The translations under genes were made by a program, and so were the position numbers. Below, piece by piece: positions 56,105 through 64,000 of a stretch of 64,000 bases of DNA (the first letter of the stretch is position 1; every line of letters starts with the position of its first letter). The stretch is from Clostridia bacterium (GTDB lineage: Bacteria; Bacillota; Clostridia; Christensenellales; CAG-138): NCBI GenBank assembly GCA_036652795.1, contig JAVVVD010000003.1:42864-106863 (forward strand). The letters are read 5' to 3'. The notes under the pieces were generated by a model. The model saw only the letters and a list, made by a program, of their open reading frames with translations, made no database searches and had not been told where the DNA came from.

Positions 56105-57076
56105 TTAATCATACAGATGGCATGCTACTTGCCTTCCCTTTACCTGTTTCATCTGCGGCTCCTGAGTAGAGCAGACATCCGTTGCATATGGGCAACGCGT
56201 ATGGAAGCGGCAACCTGATGGCGGGTTTACAGGGCTTGGAATCTCGCCATTTAGCATACTCTTGTCCTCCTTGCGCATTGTAGGATCAGGTTTTGGCACC
56301 GCCTCAAGCAGAAATTTGGTGTATGGGTGAAGTGGCTCTACATATATATCCTTTGTGTTTCCAATCTCGCACACCACACCAAGGAACATCACACACACCC
56401 TGTCTGAAAGGTATCTCACCACCGAAAGGTCGTGCGAGATGAACAGATATGTCAGCGCCATCTCCTGCTGTAGGTCGCCAAGAAGGTTAAGAATTTGGGA
56501 TTGTATTGAAACATCCAGCGCGGATACTGGCTCATCACATACGATAAGCCGCGGATTAAGCGCAAGCGCACGCGCGATGCCAACACGTTGCCGCTGCCCG
56601 CCGGAAAACTGGTGCGGATACCTGTACATAAATTCAGTGCGTATACCTGTTTTGCGCAACAGCTCCTCAACGCGGGCTGTAACCTCAGCCTTTGTGGAGC
56701 ATACCTTATGTGTTATTAGCGGCTCAGCAACTACATCGTGTATCCTCATGCGCGGATTGATTGAAGCATATGGATCCTGAAAAACGATCTGCATCTGCTT
56801 GCGAAGTATGCGCATCTGCTCCGGCTTCAGCTTTGAAAGATCCTGCCCATCGAATTTAACCGTTCCACTCGTAGGTTCGATAAGATTAAGTATGAGCCGG
56901 CCTAGAGTGGACTTTCCGCATCCTGATTCACCCACAAGCGCAAGTGTTTCACCTTCATATATATTGAAGCTAACGTCTGTAACGGCATGCACAACGGCCC
57001 TTCCGCCCGACCACATACTTGAGGACGCCTTAAATTCCTTTGTAAGTCCTGATAGCTCAACAAGTTTTGTGTTCAT
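56105..57076 (-). CDS. oligopeptide/dipeptide ABC transporter ATP-binding protein (OppF/DppF type)
   Basis: Walker [10 protein letters not shown], signature FSGGQRQR, and the C-terminal oligopeptide-type extension with a Cys cluster. Confidence 0.9.
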   Translation of the reverse strand: MNTKLVELSGLTKEFKASSSMWSGGRAVVHAVTDVSFNIYEGETLALVGESGCGKSTLGRLILNLIEPTSGTVKFDGQDLSKLKPEQMRILRKQMQIVFQDPYASINPRMRIHDVVAEPLITHKVCSTKAEVTARVEELLRKTGIRTEFMYRYPHQFSGGQRQRVGIARALALNPRLIVCDEPVSALDVSIQSQILNLLGDLQQEMALTYLFISHDLSVVRYLSDRVCVMFLGVVCEIGNTKDIYVEPLHPYTKFLLEAVPKPDPTMRKEDKSMLNGEIPSPVNPPSGCRFHTRCPYATDVCSTQEPQMKQVKGRQVACHLYD

Positions 57077-58050
57077 TTCATCACCTCATCATCAAGCAGG
57101 AAGCAACGCGCGTAGTGCCCGTCGCCCGCCCGGTACAGCTCCGGCTCGCGCATAGTGCATATCTTCATCGCCCTATCGCAGCGCGGGCAGAAACGGCAGC
57201 CCTTGGGGAGCTGCAATAGATTTGGTACAAGGCCGCGTATGGTATGCAGGCGTTCCTTTTCTGCGGTAATTTTAGGTATTGAGCTTAACAGCCCGGATGT
57301 ATACGGATGCAGCGGGTTTTTAAACAGCTCGTATATATTTGCCTGTTCAAGTATCTTGCCTGCATACATCACATAAACGTAATCGCACAGTTCCGCAACA
57401 ACGCCCAGATTATGCGTTATCATTATTATTGAGGTATTCTTCTCCCGTTGAAGCTTGCGCATTAGATGGAGGATCTGTGCCTCTATCGTCACGTCCAGCG
57501 CGGTAGTCGGTTCGTCCGCAATCATCAAAAGCGGGTTGCACACCATCGCCATGCCTATCATCACGCGTTGGCGCAGGCCGCCCGAAAGCTGGTGCGGATA
57601 GGATTTATACCGCTTTTCGGGTTCCGATATTCCTACCTGTTCGAATATTTCTATCGTGCGCCGCTTTGCCTCGGCGGGATTCGCATTTTGGTGCAGCAAT
57701 ATTGCTTCCGACACCTGCCTGCCAACAGTATATACGGGGTTAAGCGACGTCATCGGCTCCTGAAATATCATTGATATCCTGTTGCCGCGTATATCGTCCA
57801 TTTGCGCCCTGGTTTTTTCGAGTAGATTAGCCCCTTCAAGCGTTATCGTTCCCTCAGCAACACGGCCGGGATACTGCAATAGCTGCATTATAGACATAGC
57901 CGTCATGCTTTTTCCACAGCCGGACTCGCCTACAATACCCACAACGCTTCCGTATGGTACATCTATATCTATCCCATCTACGGCAGGAACTACGCCATTT
58001 TTTGTGAAAAATTGAGTTTTAAGTCCTCTTATTTCAAGCAGATTTTCCAT
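57073..58050 (-). CDS. oligopeptide/dipeptide ABC transporter ATP-binding protein (OppD/DppD type)
   Basis: Walker [10 protein letters not shown], signature LSGGLRQR, C-terminal CRFCPRC. Confidence 0.9.
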   Translation of the reverse strand: MENLLEIRGLKTQFFTKNGVVPAVDGIDIDVPYGSVVGIVGESGCGKSMTAMSIMQLLQYPGRVAEGTITLEGANLLEKTRAQMDDIRGNRISMIFQEPMTSLNPVYTVGRQVSEAILLHQNANPAEAKRRTIEIFEQVGISEPEKRYKSYPHQLSGGLRQRVMIGMAMVCNPLLMIADEPTTALDVTIEAQILHLMRKLQREKNTSIIMITHNLGVVAELCDYVYVMYAGKILEQANIYELFKNPLHPYTSGLLSSIPKITAEKERLHTIRGLVPNLLQLPKGCRFCPRCDRAMKICTMREPELYRAGDGHYARCFLLDDEVMK

Positions 58051-58063
58051 ATTCAGCCTCCCC

Positions 58064-59053
58064 TCAATCCTTCATATACGGATCGAGCGTATCGCGCAGC
58101 GCATCCCCAAGGAAGTTGAATGCAAGCACCAATATCAATATTACCACACCTGGGCAAAGCGTTGATACCGGGGTTTGTGATAGATATTTTTTGCTGCGAA
58201 ATACCATCAGTCCCCAGCTTGTGGATGGTGGCTGTGCGCCGACGCCAAGAAAAGACAGGCTTGATTCGGAAAGTATGTTTCCTGGTACGTTTATGGTAAA
58301 GAGCACTATCAGCGATGGTATGCAGTTTGGCAGTATGTGGCGAAATATCAGCGTCATGTTCTTTACGCCTATGGATTTGCCCGCCTCCACATATTCCTTC
58401 TCACGCAGCGACAATGCCTGCGCCCGCACAACCCTGGCCGTTCCCGCCCAGCTCACAAAGCTGAGTGCAATAAATATTGTAAGCAGTCCGGTGCCTATCG
58501 TGTATGCAATCAGCATCGCCAGCAGCAGCGATGGGAATGCCAGCAGCACATCCGCAACACGCATTATGATAAAATCCACCTTGCCGCCGTAAAATCCCGC
58601 TATTAACCCCAGTAGCGTGCCTATCGTCATAGCTATAAGCGTTGGCAGAAGGCCGACCAGCAACGATACGCGTGAACCATATATTAGGCGCGAAAATACA
58701 TCCCGCCCAAATTCATCCGTGCCCAGCCAGTGAGCAGCCGACGGCTTTTGCAGCCTTTCAGAAAGCTGTTGCGCATTGGGATCGTATGGCGCTACAAGCG
58801 GTGCAAATATTGCAGCCAATATAAACATCAATATGATGATTGCGGATATCAGCGCAAGCTTATTAGTGCAAAACATATCCTTGAGTTTATCCCACAGCGT
58901 ATCGCTTTGAGCAAGCTCCGCCTCCGCGTTTTCTTCCATATGCACAGGCGTAGCGGCGTCCTGAGGAATATCTCGGTTTATGCTTGGGTTGAATTTGTCG
59001 TTGTGATTTTCATTCATGCTTTTGACCTGCCTATTCTCTAATCCGTGGATCAA
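58064..59053 (-). CDS. ABC permease (OppC/DppC type)
   Basis: Polytopic with a BPD_transp_1-type EAA region (YVEAGKSIGVKNMTLIFRHILPN). A shorter alternative start is ATG 59017. Confidence 0.85.
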   Translation of the reverse strand: MIHGLENRQVKSMNENHNDKFNPSINRDIPQDAATPVHMEENAEAELAQSDTLWDKLKDMFCTNKLALISAIIILMFILAAIFAPLVAPYDPNAQQLSERLQKPSAAHWLGTDEFGRDVFSRLIYGSRVSLLVGLLPTLIAMTIGTLLGLIAGFYGGKVDFIIMRVADVLLAFPSLLLAMLIAYTIGTGLLTIFIALSFVSWAGTARVVRAQALSLREKEYVEAGKSIGVKNMTLIFRHILPNCIPSLIVLFTINVPGNILSESSLSFLGVGAQPPSTSWGLMVFRSKKYLSQTPVSTLCPGVVILILVLAFNFLGDALRDTLDPYMKD

Positions 59054-59948
59054 GGAAGGAATATAGTATATCAGCCGCCATATTACCCAGTATTATTATT
59101 GCGGTTGAAAATACCACCGCGCCTTGAAGCAGCGGCATATCCCTGTTGTTGATTGCGCTCACCGTCAGCATACCTATACCGCCTATACCAAACACGCTTT
59201 CCGTTATTACAGCGCCGGATAGCAGACTTGCAAATTGAATCGCCATCATCGTTACTACCGGCATCATTGAGTTTTTTAGCGCATGTTTGGGCACGATACG
59301 CCGCTCCGTAAGCCCCTTTGCGCGAGCCGTGCGGATATAATCATTGCGCATTACCTCAAGCAGATTTGATCTTGTCATGCGCGCGATAGAGCCTGCCGAA
59401 GACCAGCCCAATATCAGCGAAGGCATCACCATATGCTTCCATGATGAAAAGCCCGATATTGGCAGTATCCCCAGCACATAGCCAAATATATATTGCAGCA
59501 GCATTGCCCCCCAAAATATCGGCAGCGATATTCCGGCAAGTGAAAAGCCCATGAGAATACGATCCAGCAGGCTGTTTTTCTTTATTGCGGAAACTATGCC
59601 TACGGGTATTCCGATCACCCACGAAACCATTGCCGCCACCACTGCGAGCTTTACGGTATTGGGGAACGCTTCCGCTATCAGCGTGGATACCTGCCTGTTA
59701 AGCTTGTAGGAGCGACCAAAATCGCCCTGAACGGCATTACCCACATACCTTGCAAAGCGCGTAAGCACGGGGTCGTTTAATCCCATCTCCTCCGTTACCC
59801 GCTCTATCACCGCATCGCTTGCCTTTTCACCCATCATTATGGCTATAGGGTTGCCCGGAAGCACCTGCAAAAGCAGAAAGATTATCAATACAACAACCAA
59901 TATAAGCGGTATTGAGATCAGTATCCTCTTGATGATGTATTTGACCAT
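59031..59948 (-). CDS. ABC permease (OppB/DppB type)
   Basis: 305 aa. Typical N-terminus MVKYIIKRILISIPLILVV and EAA region YIRTARAKGLTERRI. Confidence 0.9.
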   Translation of the reverse strand: MVKYIIKRILISIPLILVVVLIIFLLLQVLPGNPIAIMMGEKASDAVIERVTEEMGLNDPVLTRFARYVGNAVQGDFGRSYKLNRQVSTLIAEAFPNTVKLAVVAAMVSWVIGIPVGIVSAIKKNSLLDRILMGFSLAGISLPIFWGAMLLQYIFGYVLGILPISGFSSWKHMVMPSLILGWSSAGSIARMTRSNLLEVMRNDYIRTARAKGLTERRIVPKHALKNSMMPVVTMMAIQFASLLSGAVITESVFGIGGIGMLTVSAINNRDMPLLQGAVVFSTAIIILGNMAADILYSFLDPRIRE

Positions 59949-60064
59949 TATATGGTAGTCACCCGTCCCTTCGTCAGAGATATATATCAGAAGACTGAGC
60001 GAGAATAGTAAGCTCTCCCAGTCTTCTGATAATCAGCTATTTTAATTACCCTTTATTGTGGCTC

Positions 60065-61753
60065 TTAGCCATCCAGTGAGACGCTCCAATAACGGCTATC
60101 ACTCCAGCCTGCCCAATGAGGCACATAATTCTGCACCCTGCTGTTGAAAGCAAACACATGCTCAAGGTTGAACAGCGGTAACCACGCCGCATCATCCTGG
60201 ATAACAAGCTTTTCAAGCGCCTGATACTCAGCTATACGCTCATCAACATCAACTATATAGCGGGCGTTTACGATGCGCTCCATAGCCTCTGCATTGGTAT
60301 AGTTAAAGGAGCGTGTAACCGTGCCGGTGGGATTAAAGAACGTATATATGAAGTTGTCCGGATCATTGAAATCAGCCGACCAGCTGCTCATGTACATACC
60401 CAGTTCACCAGTGCGGCGCACATCAAACCACGTCGCCTCGTCCATCTGCTCAATCTTTACATTTATGCCTATTTCGCCAAACTGTGCCTGAACGATCTCA
60501 TTTATAGCCAATGTGCTTGGCGAATCAGTGCTTTGGGATATTACCATATCAAAGCCGTCTGGATAGCCTGCCTCTTTGAGCAGCGCCTTTGCCTGTTCAA
60601 CATTATACTCTATTGCCGGCAGTTTTGCATTATAGCCTACCAATCCCGGCGGGAATATACCGTTTGCAACAGTGCCTTTGCCATAATACATGGAATCCAG
60701 TATTGCCTGACGGTCTATCGCCATCTGCATCGCCTTGCGTACCAACACATTGTTGAACGGCTCAATGCTTTCGTTGATTGAATAATAATACGTTCCAAGG
60801 CGCGGAGCCTCGACTAGATATCCATTCCAATCTGTAAGGTTCTGATAGTATTCAATTTGCTCGCGGGAATCATCAAGATCAAGCATATCTATCTTGCCTG
60901 CATCAAACATCATGCGGCGCGTATCGTTATCCGCAACCACAAACCTAAGTATGCCATCGATTGCCGAAGCTCCGCCCCAGTAATCTTTAAATGTCTCAAG
61001 ATATATGTGATCGTTGAGCACCCATTCTTTAAGCATGAACGGGCCTGTGCCTACAGTAAATTTAGGATCTACGCCAAGCAGGCTGCCAGTTATCCCACCG
61101 CCCTCTTTATCTGCCAGCTCGCCGGCTTCGCGGTTATATATTGAAAACCCAGGCACGCAGCAGTTTGCCAGGAATGGCGCATAGGCCTGCTCTAGCACTA
61201 TTTCAAATGTAAGGTTATCGATTATATTCAAACCCACGCCCGCTATTGTTGTGGCTTTACCATCCAGCATATCCTGCGCACCGGCGATCATATTCATGCA
61301 ATCGGTATTTTTTGCAAGCCTTGCAGGGTTGAGCATCCTATCAATTGTATACAGCACATCGTCTGCCTCAAGCGTCTCACCATTGTGGAACAATACGCCA
61401 TCGCGCAGATGGAAGGTATAGGTCAGTCCATCAGCGGATATTTCCCATTTTTCGGCAAGCGATGGAACAAGCTCCGAGCTGCCGCCTTCAGTGGCTTTTA
61501 CGGTTACGAGCGTATCGTAAATATTCTGAGGGACCATGTAATCTTCTGTAGTAAGCTGCACATCCGCAGTTTCTATTTCTGTGGCGCCCGCAATACGCAT
61601 CACGTTTTTCTCATATCCATCGTCATAGGCGATCTGTGTCGGCGTGCCGGTGCCGCTATCTTCATTATCGTCCGTGACCGGGCCGCCAGAACAGCCAACG
61701 AGCAAAGCTATCCCCATAATAACAACCATAAATAAGGCTATTTTCTTTTTCAT
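60065..61753 (-). CDS. family-5 ABC substrate-binding lipoprotein (peptide/nickel type)
   Basis: 562 aa. Lipobox LLVGCSGG. SBP_bac_5-like sequence. First gene of the operon. Confidence 0.85.
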   Translation of the reverse strand: MKKKIALFMVVIMGIALLVGCSGGPVTDDNEDSGTGTPTQIAYDDGYEKNVMRIAGATEIETADVQLTTEDYMVPQNIYDTLVTVKATEGGSSELVPSLAEKWEISADGLTYTFHLRDGVLFHNGETLEADDVLYTIDRMLNPARLAKNTDCMNMIAGAQDMLDGKATTIAGVGLNIIDNLTFEIVLEQAYAPFLANCCVPGFSIYNREAGELADKEGGGITGSLLGVDPKFTVGTGPFMLKEWVLNDHIYLETFKDYWGGASAIDGILRFVVADNDTRRMMFDAGKIDMLDLDDSREQIEYYQNLTDWNGYLVEAPRLGTYYYSINESIEPFNNVLVRKAMQMAIDRQAILDSMYYGKGTVANGIFPPGLVGYNAKLPAIEYNVEQAKALLKEAGYPDGFDMVISQSTDSPSTLAINEIVQAQFGEIGINVKIEQMDEATWFDVRRTGELGMYMSSWSADFNDPDNFIYTFFNPTGTVTRSFNYTNAEAMERIVNARYIVDVDERIAEYQALEKLVIQDDAAWLPLFNLEHVFAFNSRVQNYVPHWAGWSDSRYWSVSLDG

Positions 61754-61894
61754 TTAATTTTCCCCCTCCATTGTGTTTCTTTGCTTATTGTAATCCAGCA
61801 GTTTTACAATGTGTACTGTATATATTGCTTGAAATGTTGCAAAAACTGCTATACGCTGCTTTTGTACGCAAAAAAAGTTTTTCGATATCAGAAG

Positions 61895-61923
61895 CTGTCA
61901 AAAAAACGGCCCAAGGGCCGTTT
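61895..61923 (-). terminator. intrinsic terminator after the anti-sigma gene
   Basis: AAACGGCCC-TT-GGGCCGTTT followed by TTTTTTT on the minus strand. Confidence 0.6.
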
Positions 61924-61944
61924 AAATGCGCATATATTGTTATT

Positions 61945-62886
61945 TCACTTTGTCCATCCAAGCAATCTGCATACAATCAGGAGTACGCAATATATTGGAA
62001 GCATCAGCAGCAGTATCCCCGTAAAGTCCCGCAGCAGTGTGTATGATGCGAATTCCAGCCCCTTAACACATATTTGACTAACCATATATGCAATAGGCAG
62101 CATCGTAAAGCGTATAATGTTTTTTCGTATTGCGATTTTTTTTCTAAATATTATCCATGCGGCTATTCCTGCCGCACTTACACACATAGCAAGTGAAAAA
62201 TAGTATGACAACGCCAATCTTGGCAGCGTGACTATATTTTCTTCGCCATTCCCGAATATCAAAACATCGCCGGTATTTCCGTGTGTTTCACTATAAACGC
62301 CAGGCGTCGTCTGATCCACGGAATAATAGTAGATCGCCTTCACGCTGCGGTACCCTCCGCCATCATCCCCATTCAAAACAAAGCTCTTTTCTTTGCCCTT
62401 TGAAACGTATCTGTTCCAAAGCGAATCCCACAGCGTAATATGGTACGTATATTCTTCGATCTCATCGCCATCCACGACATCCGAACGATACTCTGAAACA
62501 TTCCACCCCGCCGTCTCCGGGCCCACATTCACAAGGATGCATCCATCGCCCAGCTCACTTAAGCTAACCATGCTGCTATCATACTTTAGCGGTATTGGCT
62601 CTGTGACATATATTATTCCAAGCAGCATCATGGCAACAACCAGCGCACTCGATATGCCTACTACCATCAGTTTATTTCTAAAAAGCTTTTTTTTGATCGA
62701 TGCCAACGGCGCCTTATCGCTATCCGGCGGCACCTTCATGCTTTTGCGCATATTGCTTAATCTGTTTTTACATTCGCTGCACCCATTTAGATGCTCCTTT
62801 ACCAGCGCCTTACTATCCTCACTAAGCATCTCCTCCGCATATAGCGGTAGCAGATCCCCGATAACATCACAGGTGATTTTATCCAT
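61945..62886 (-). CDS. zf-HC2 anti-sigma factor, membrane protein
   Basis: Trimmed to MDKITCDVIGDLLPLYAEEM...HLNGCSECKNRL (H-x3-C-x2-C). The TAATG overlaps the sigma-gene stop. TM helices follow. Confidence 0.75.
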   Translation of the reverse strand: MDKITCDVIGDLLPLYAEEMLSEDSKALVKEHLNGCSECKNRLSNMRKSMKVPPDSDKAPLASIKKKLFRNKLMVVGISSALVVAMMLLGIIYVTEPIPLKYDSSMVSLSELGDGCILVNVGPETAGWNVSEYRSDVVDGDEIEEYTYHITLWDSLWNRYVSKGKEKSFVLNGDDGGGYRSVKAIYYYSVDQTTPGVYSETHGNTGDVLIFGNGEENIVTLPRLALSYYFSLAMCVSAAGIAAWIIFRKKIAIRKNIIRFTMLPIAYMVSQICVKGLEFASYTLLRDFTGILLLMLPIYCVLLIVCRLLGWTK

Positions 62887-63368
62887 TATATATCCTCCAT
62901 TTGCATCTGAATCTTCCTTTTTGCGCGGTAATATGTGACGCAAGCCCAATTTTCACTTTTATCAAAAACATTCGCTATCTGCGAAAATGACAGCTCTCCG
63001 AAAAGCCTTAGCATGAAAACCTCCTTATACGGTTCGCCAAGTCCATGGATTATCTCATGTATACGCAGCGAGGATTCTTTATCCTCCAATTTTTGCGCCA
63101 TATCCCAGCTGTCGGCGATTGTTTCTGCATCTACGTAATCGGCTATTTTCCGTTGTTTTCTAATATGCGAATAATAACTGTTTTTCGCTATCTGGCATAG
63201 CCAAACACGAATGTCGCAATTCCCCTTAAATCCGTCAAGCCCTTTCATTGCTTTAAAAAATGTCTCGTCGGCAATTTCTTCCGCAATACTCTCATCCCCA
63301 GATAAACCCTTTATATATAGAAATATGTCTTTGAAATATGTTTTATATATCTCTTCAAGCTCTGTCAC
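62886..63368 (-). CDS. ECF-type sigma-70 family RNA polymerase sigma factor
   Basis: GTG start 7 nt after AGGAGG (MTELEEIYKTYFKDIF...). Region 2 and region 4 patterns (FSQIANVFDKSENWACVTYYRAKRKI). Confidence 0.85.
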   Translation of the reverse strand: MTELEEIYKTYFKDIFLYIKGLSGDESIAEEIADETFFKAMKGLDGFKGNCDIRVWLCQIAKNSYYSHIRKQRKIADYVDAETIADSWDMAQKLEDKESSLRIHEIIHGLGEPYKEVFMLRLFGELSFSQIANVFDKSENWACVTYYRAKRKIQMQMEDI

Positions 63369-63506
63369 ATTTTCACCTCCTCTTATATATAAGACTCGGA
63401 TATACAATTAATCTTACAGCAAAATGCCGCGCAGGATAAAAATAATCCTTATCCGTATAAAACGGGCGCGGCATAGTCTGCCTAAGTCGTTGCCCATATC
63501 GGGCTA

Positions 63507-64000
63507 TTATTGGATCTTATTAAGTCTTTTTATGAATTCATCCTCTGGCATCGGCCTTGCATAGTGATATCCCTGCACGATATCGCAGCTCAAAAGCCTT
63601 AGGAACTCCACATGCGCTTCATCCTCCACGCCTTCTGCCACCGTTTTGATGTTCAGTTTTTTCGCCATACCGATAATGCTCTCGATCACAACGCGCTCCC
63701 GTTCCTCATCCATGGCGTCAATGAAGAAGCTTCGGTCGAGCTTCAATTCATCGAACGGAAGGTTCTTTAGCAGTCCTAATGATGAATAGCCACGGCCAAA
63801 ATCATCCATAGAAAGTGTAAATCCCGCATCGTGTAATTCATGCAGCACCCGAACCAAAATATCCCCATAATCGAAGAAGGCGGTTTCCGTCAGTTCAATC
63901 TCAAGCAAGCAATGCGGGACATCGTATTTATCCGCCAGCACACAAAGCTCATGCACAAACGAAACATTCCCCAGATGCAGACGTGAAAAATTGATAGAAA
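63507..64000 (-). CDS. EAL-domain c-di-GMP phosphodiesterase, C-terminal part (5' end beyond the right edge)
   Basis: EIELTE, DDFGRGYSSL, LKLDRSF, VAEGVE and QGYHYARP motifs. The reading frame stays open upstream to position 64000 (..INFSRLHLGNVSFVHELCV..). Confidence 0.85.
   Translation of the reverse strand, partial: SINFSRLHLGNVSFVHELCVLADKYDVPHCLLEIELTETAFFDYGDILVRVLHELHDAGFTLSMDDFGRGYSSLGLLKNLPFDELKLDRSFFIDAMDEERERVVIESIIGMAKKLNIKTVAEGVEDEAHVEFLRLLSCDIVQGYHYARPMPEDEFIKRLNKIQ

Overview
This is a gene-dense 64-kb chromosomal segment. I infer a Clostridia-class Firmicute from the GGAGG-type Shine-Dalgarno sites, Rex, SpoIID, a cohesin/dockerin pair, a secretin-less Tad locus and mid-range GC. 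I can support about 63 CDS, 2 tRNAs, 3 riboswitches (1 cobalamin, 2 c-di-GMP class I), several intrinsic terminators and a few sigma-A-like promoters. I found no rRNA, CRISPR array, transposase, integrase or prophage. Layout by region follows. (1) 0-17 kb is mostly housekeeping: a two-component pair, trxA, a GGDEF cyclase, hslO, an LCP protein, tmk, hflX and an alanine/Na+ symporter. (2) 17.5-22.5 kb holds a small XRE/S24 repressor module, a tRNA-Gly/tRNA-Lys operon with decayed tRNA-like tandem repeats, and a dockerin-SpoIID gene coupled to a cohesin membrane anchor. (3) 23.4-32.7 kb holds the cobalamin nucleotide-loop operon (cobU-cobS-cobC-cbiB-cobD) followed by a B12-riboswitch-controlled salvage operon (btuFCD-cobT-cbiZ). 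(4) 32.8-35.9 kb holds adh-lysR-rex with a recurring ATATCGATAT palindrome. (5) 36-44.5 kb is an 11-gene Tad/Flp pilus operon led by a c-di-GMP-I riboswitch. (6) 44.8-47.3 kb is, in my view, the most unusual locus. A second c-di-GMP-I riboswitch leads a tight four-gene cassette: secreted protein, MNT nucleotidyltransferase, cupin-HD-GYP phosphodiesterase and HEPN protein. The HEPN/MNT pair is split by the phosphodiesterase. (7) 47.3-64 kb holds phoPR-phoU-pstBACS, ftsH, an opp/dpp-type ABC operon, an ECF sigma/anti-sigma pair and a truncated EAL gene. Another point worth a second look is a RadC/JAB-like JAMM motif in the N-terminal extension of HflX. All functional calls come from motif recognition by eye; no database search was run.
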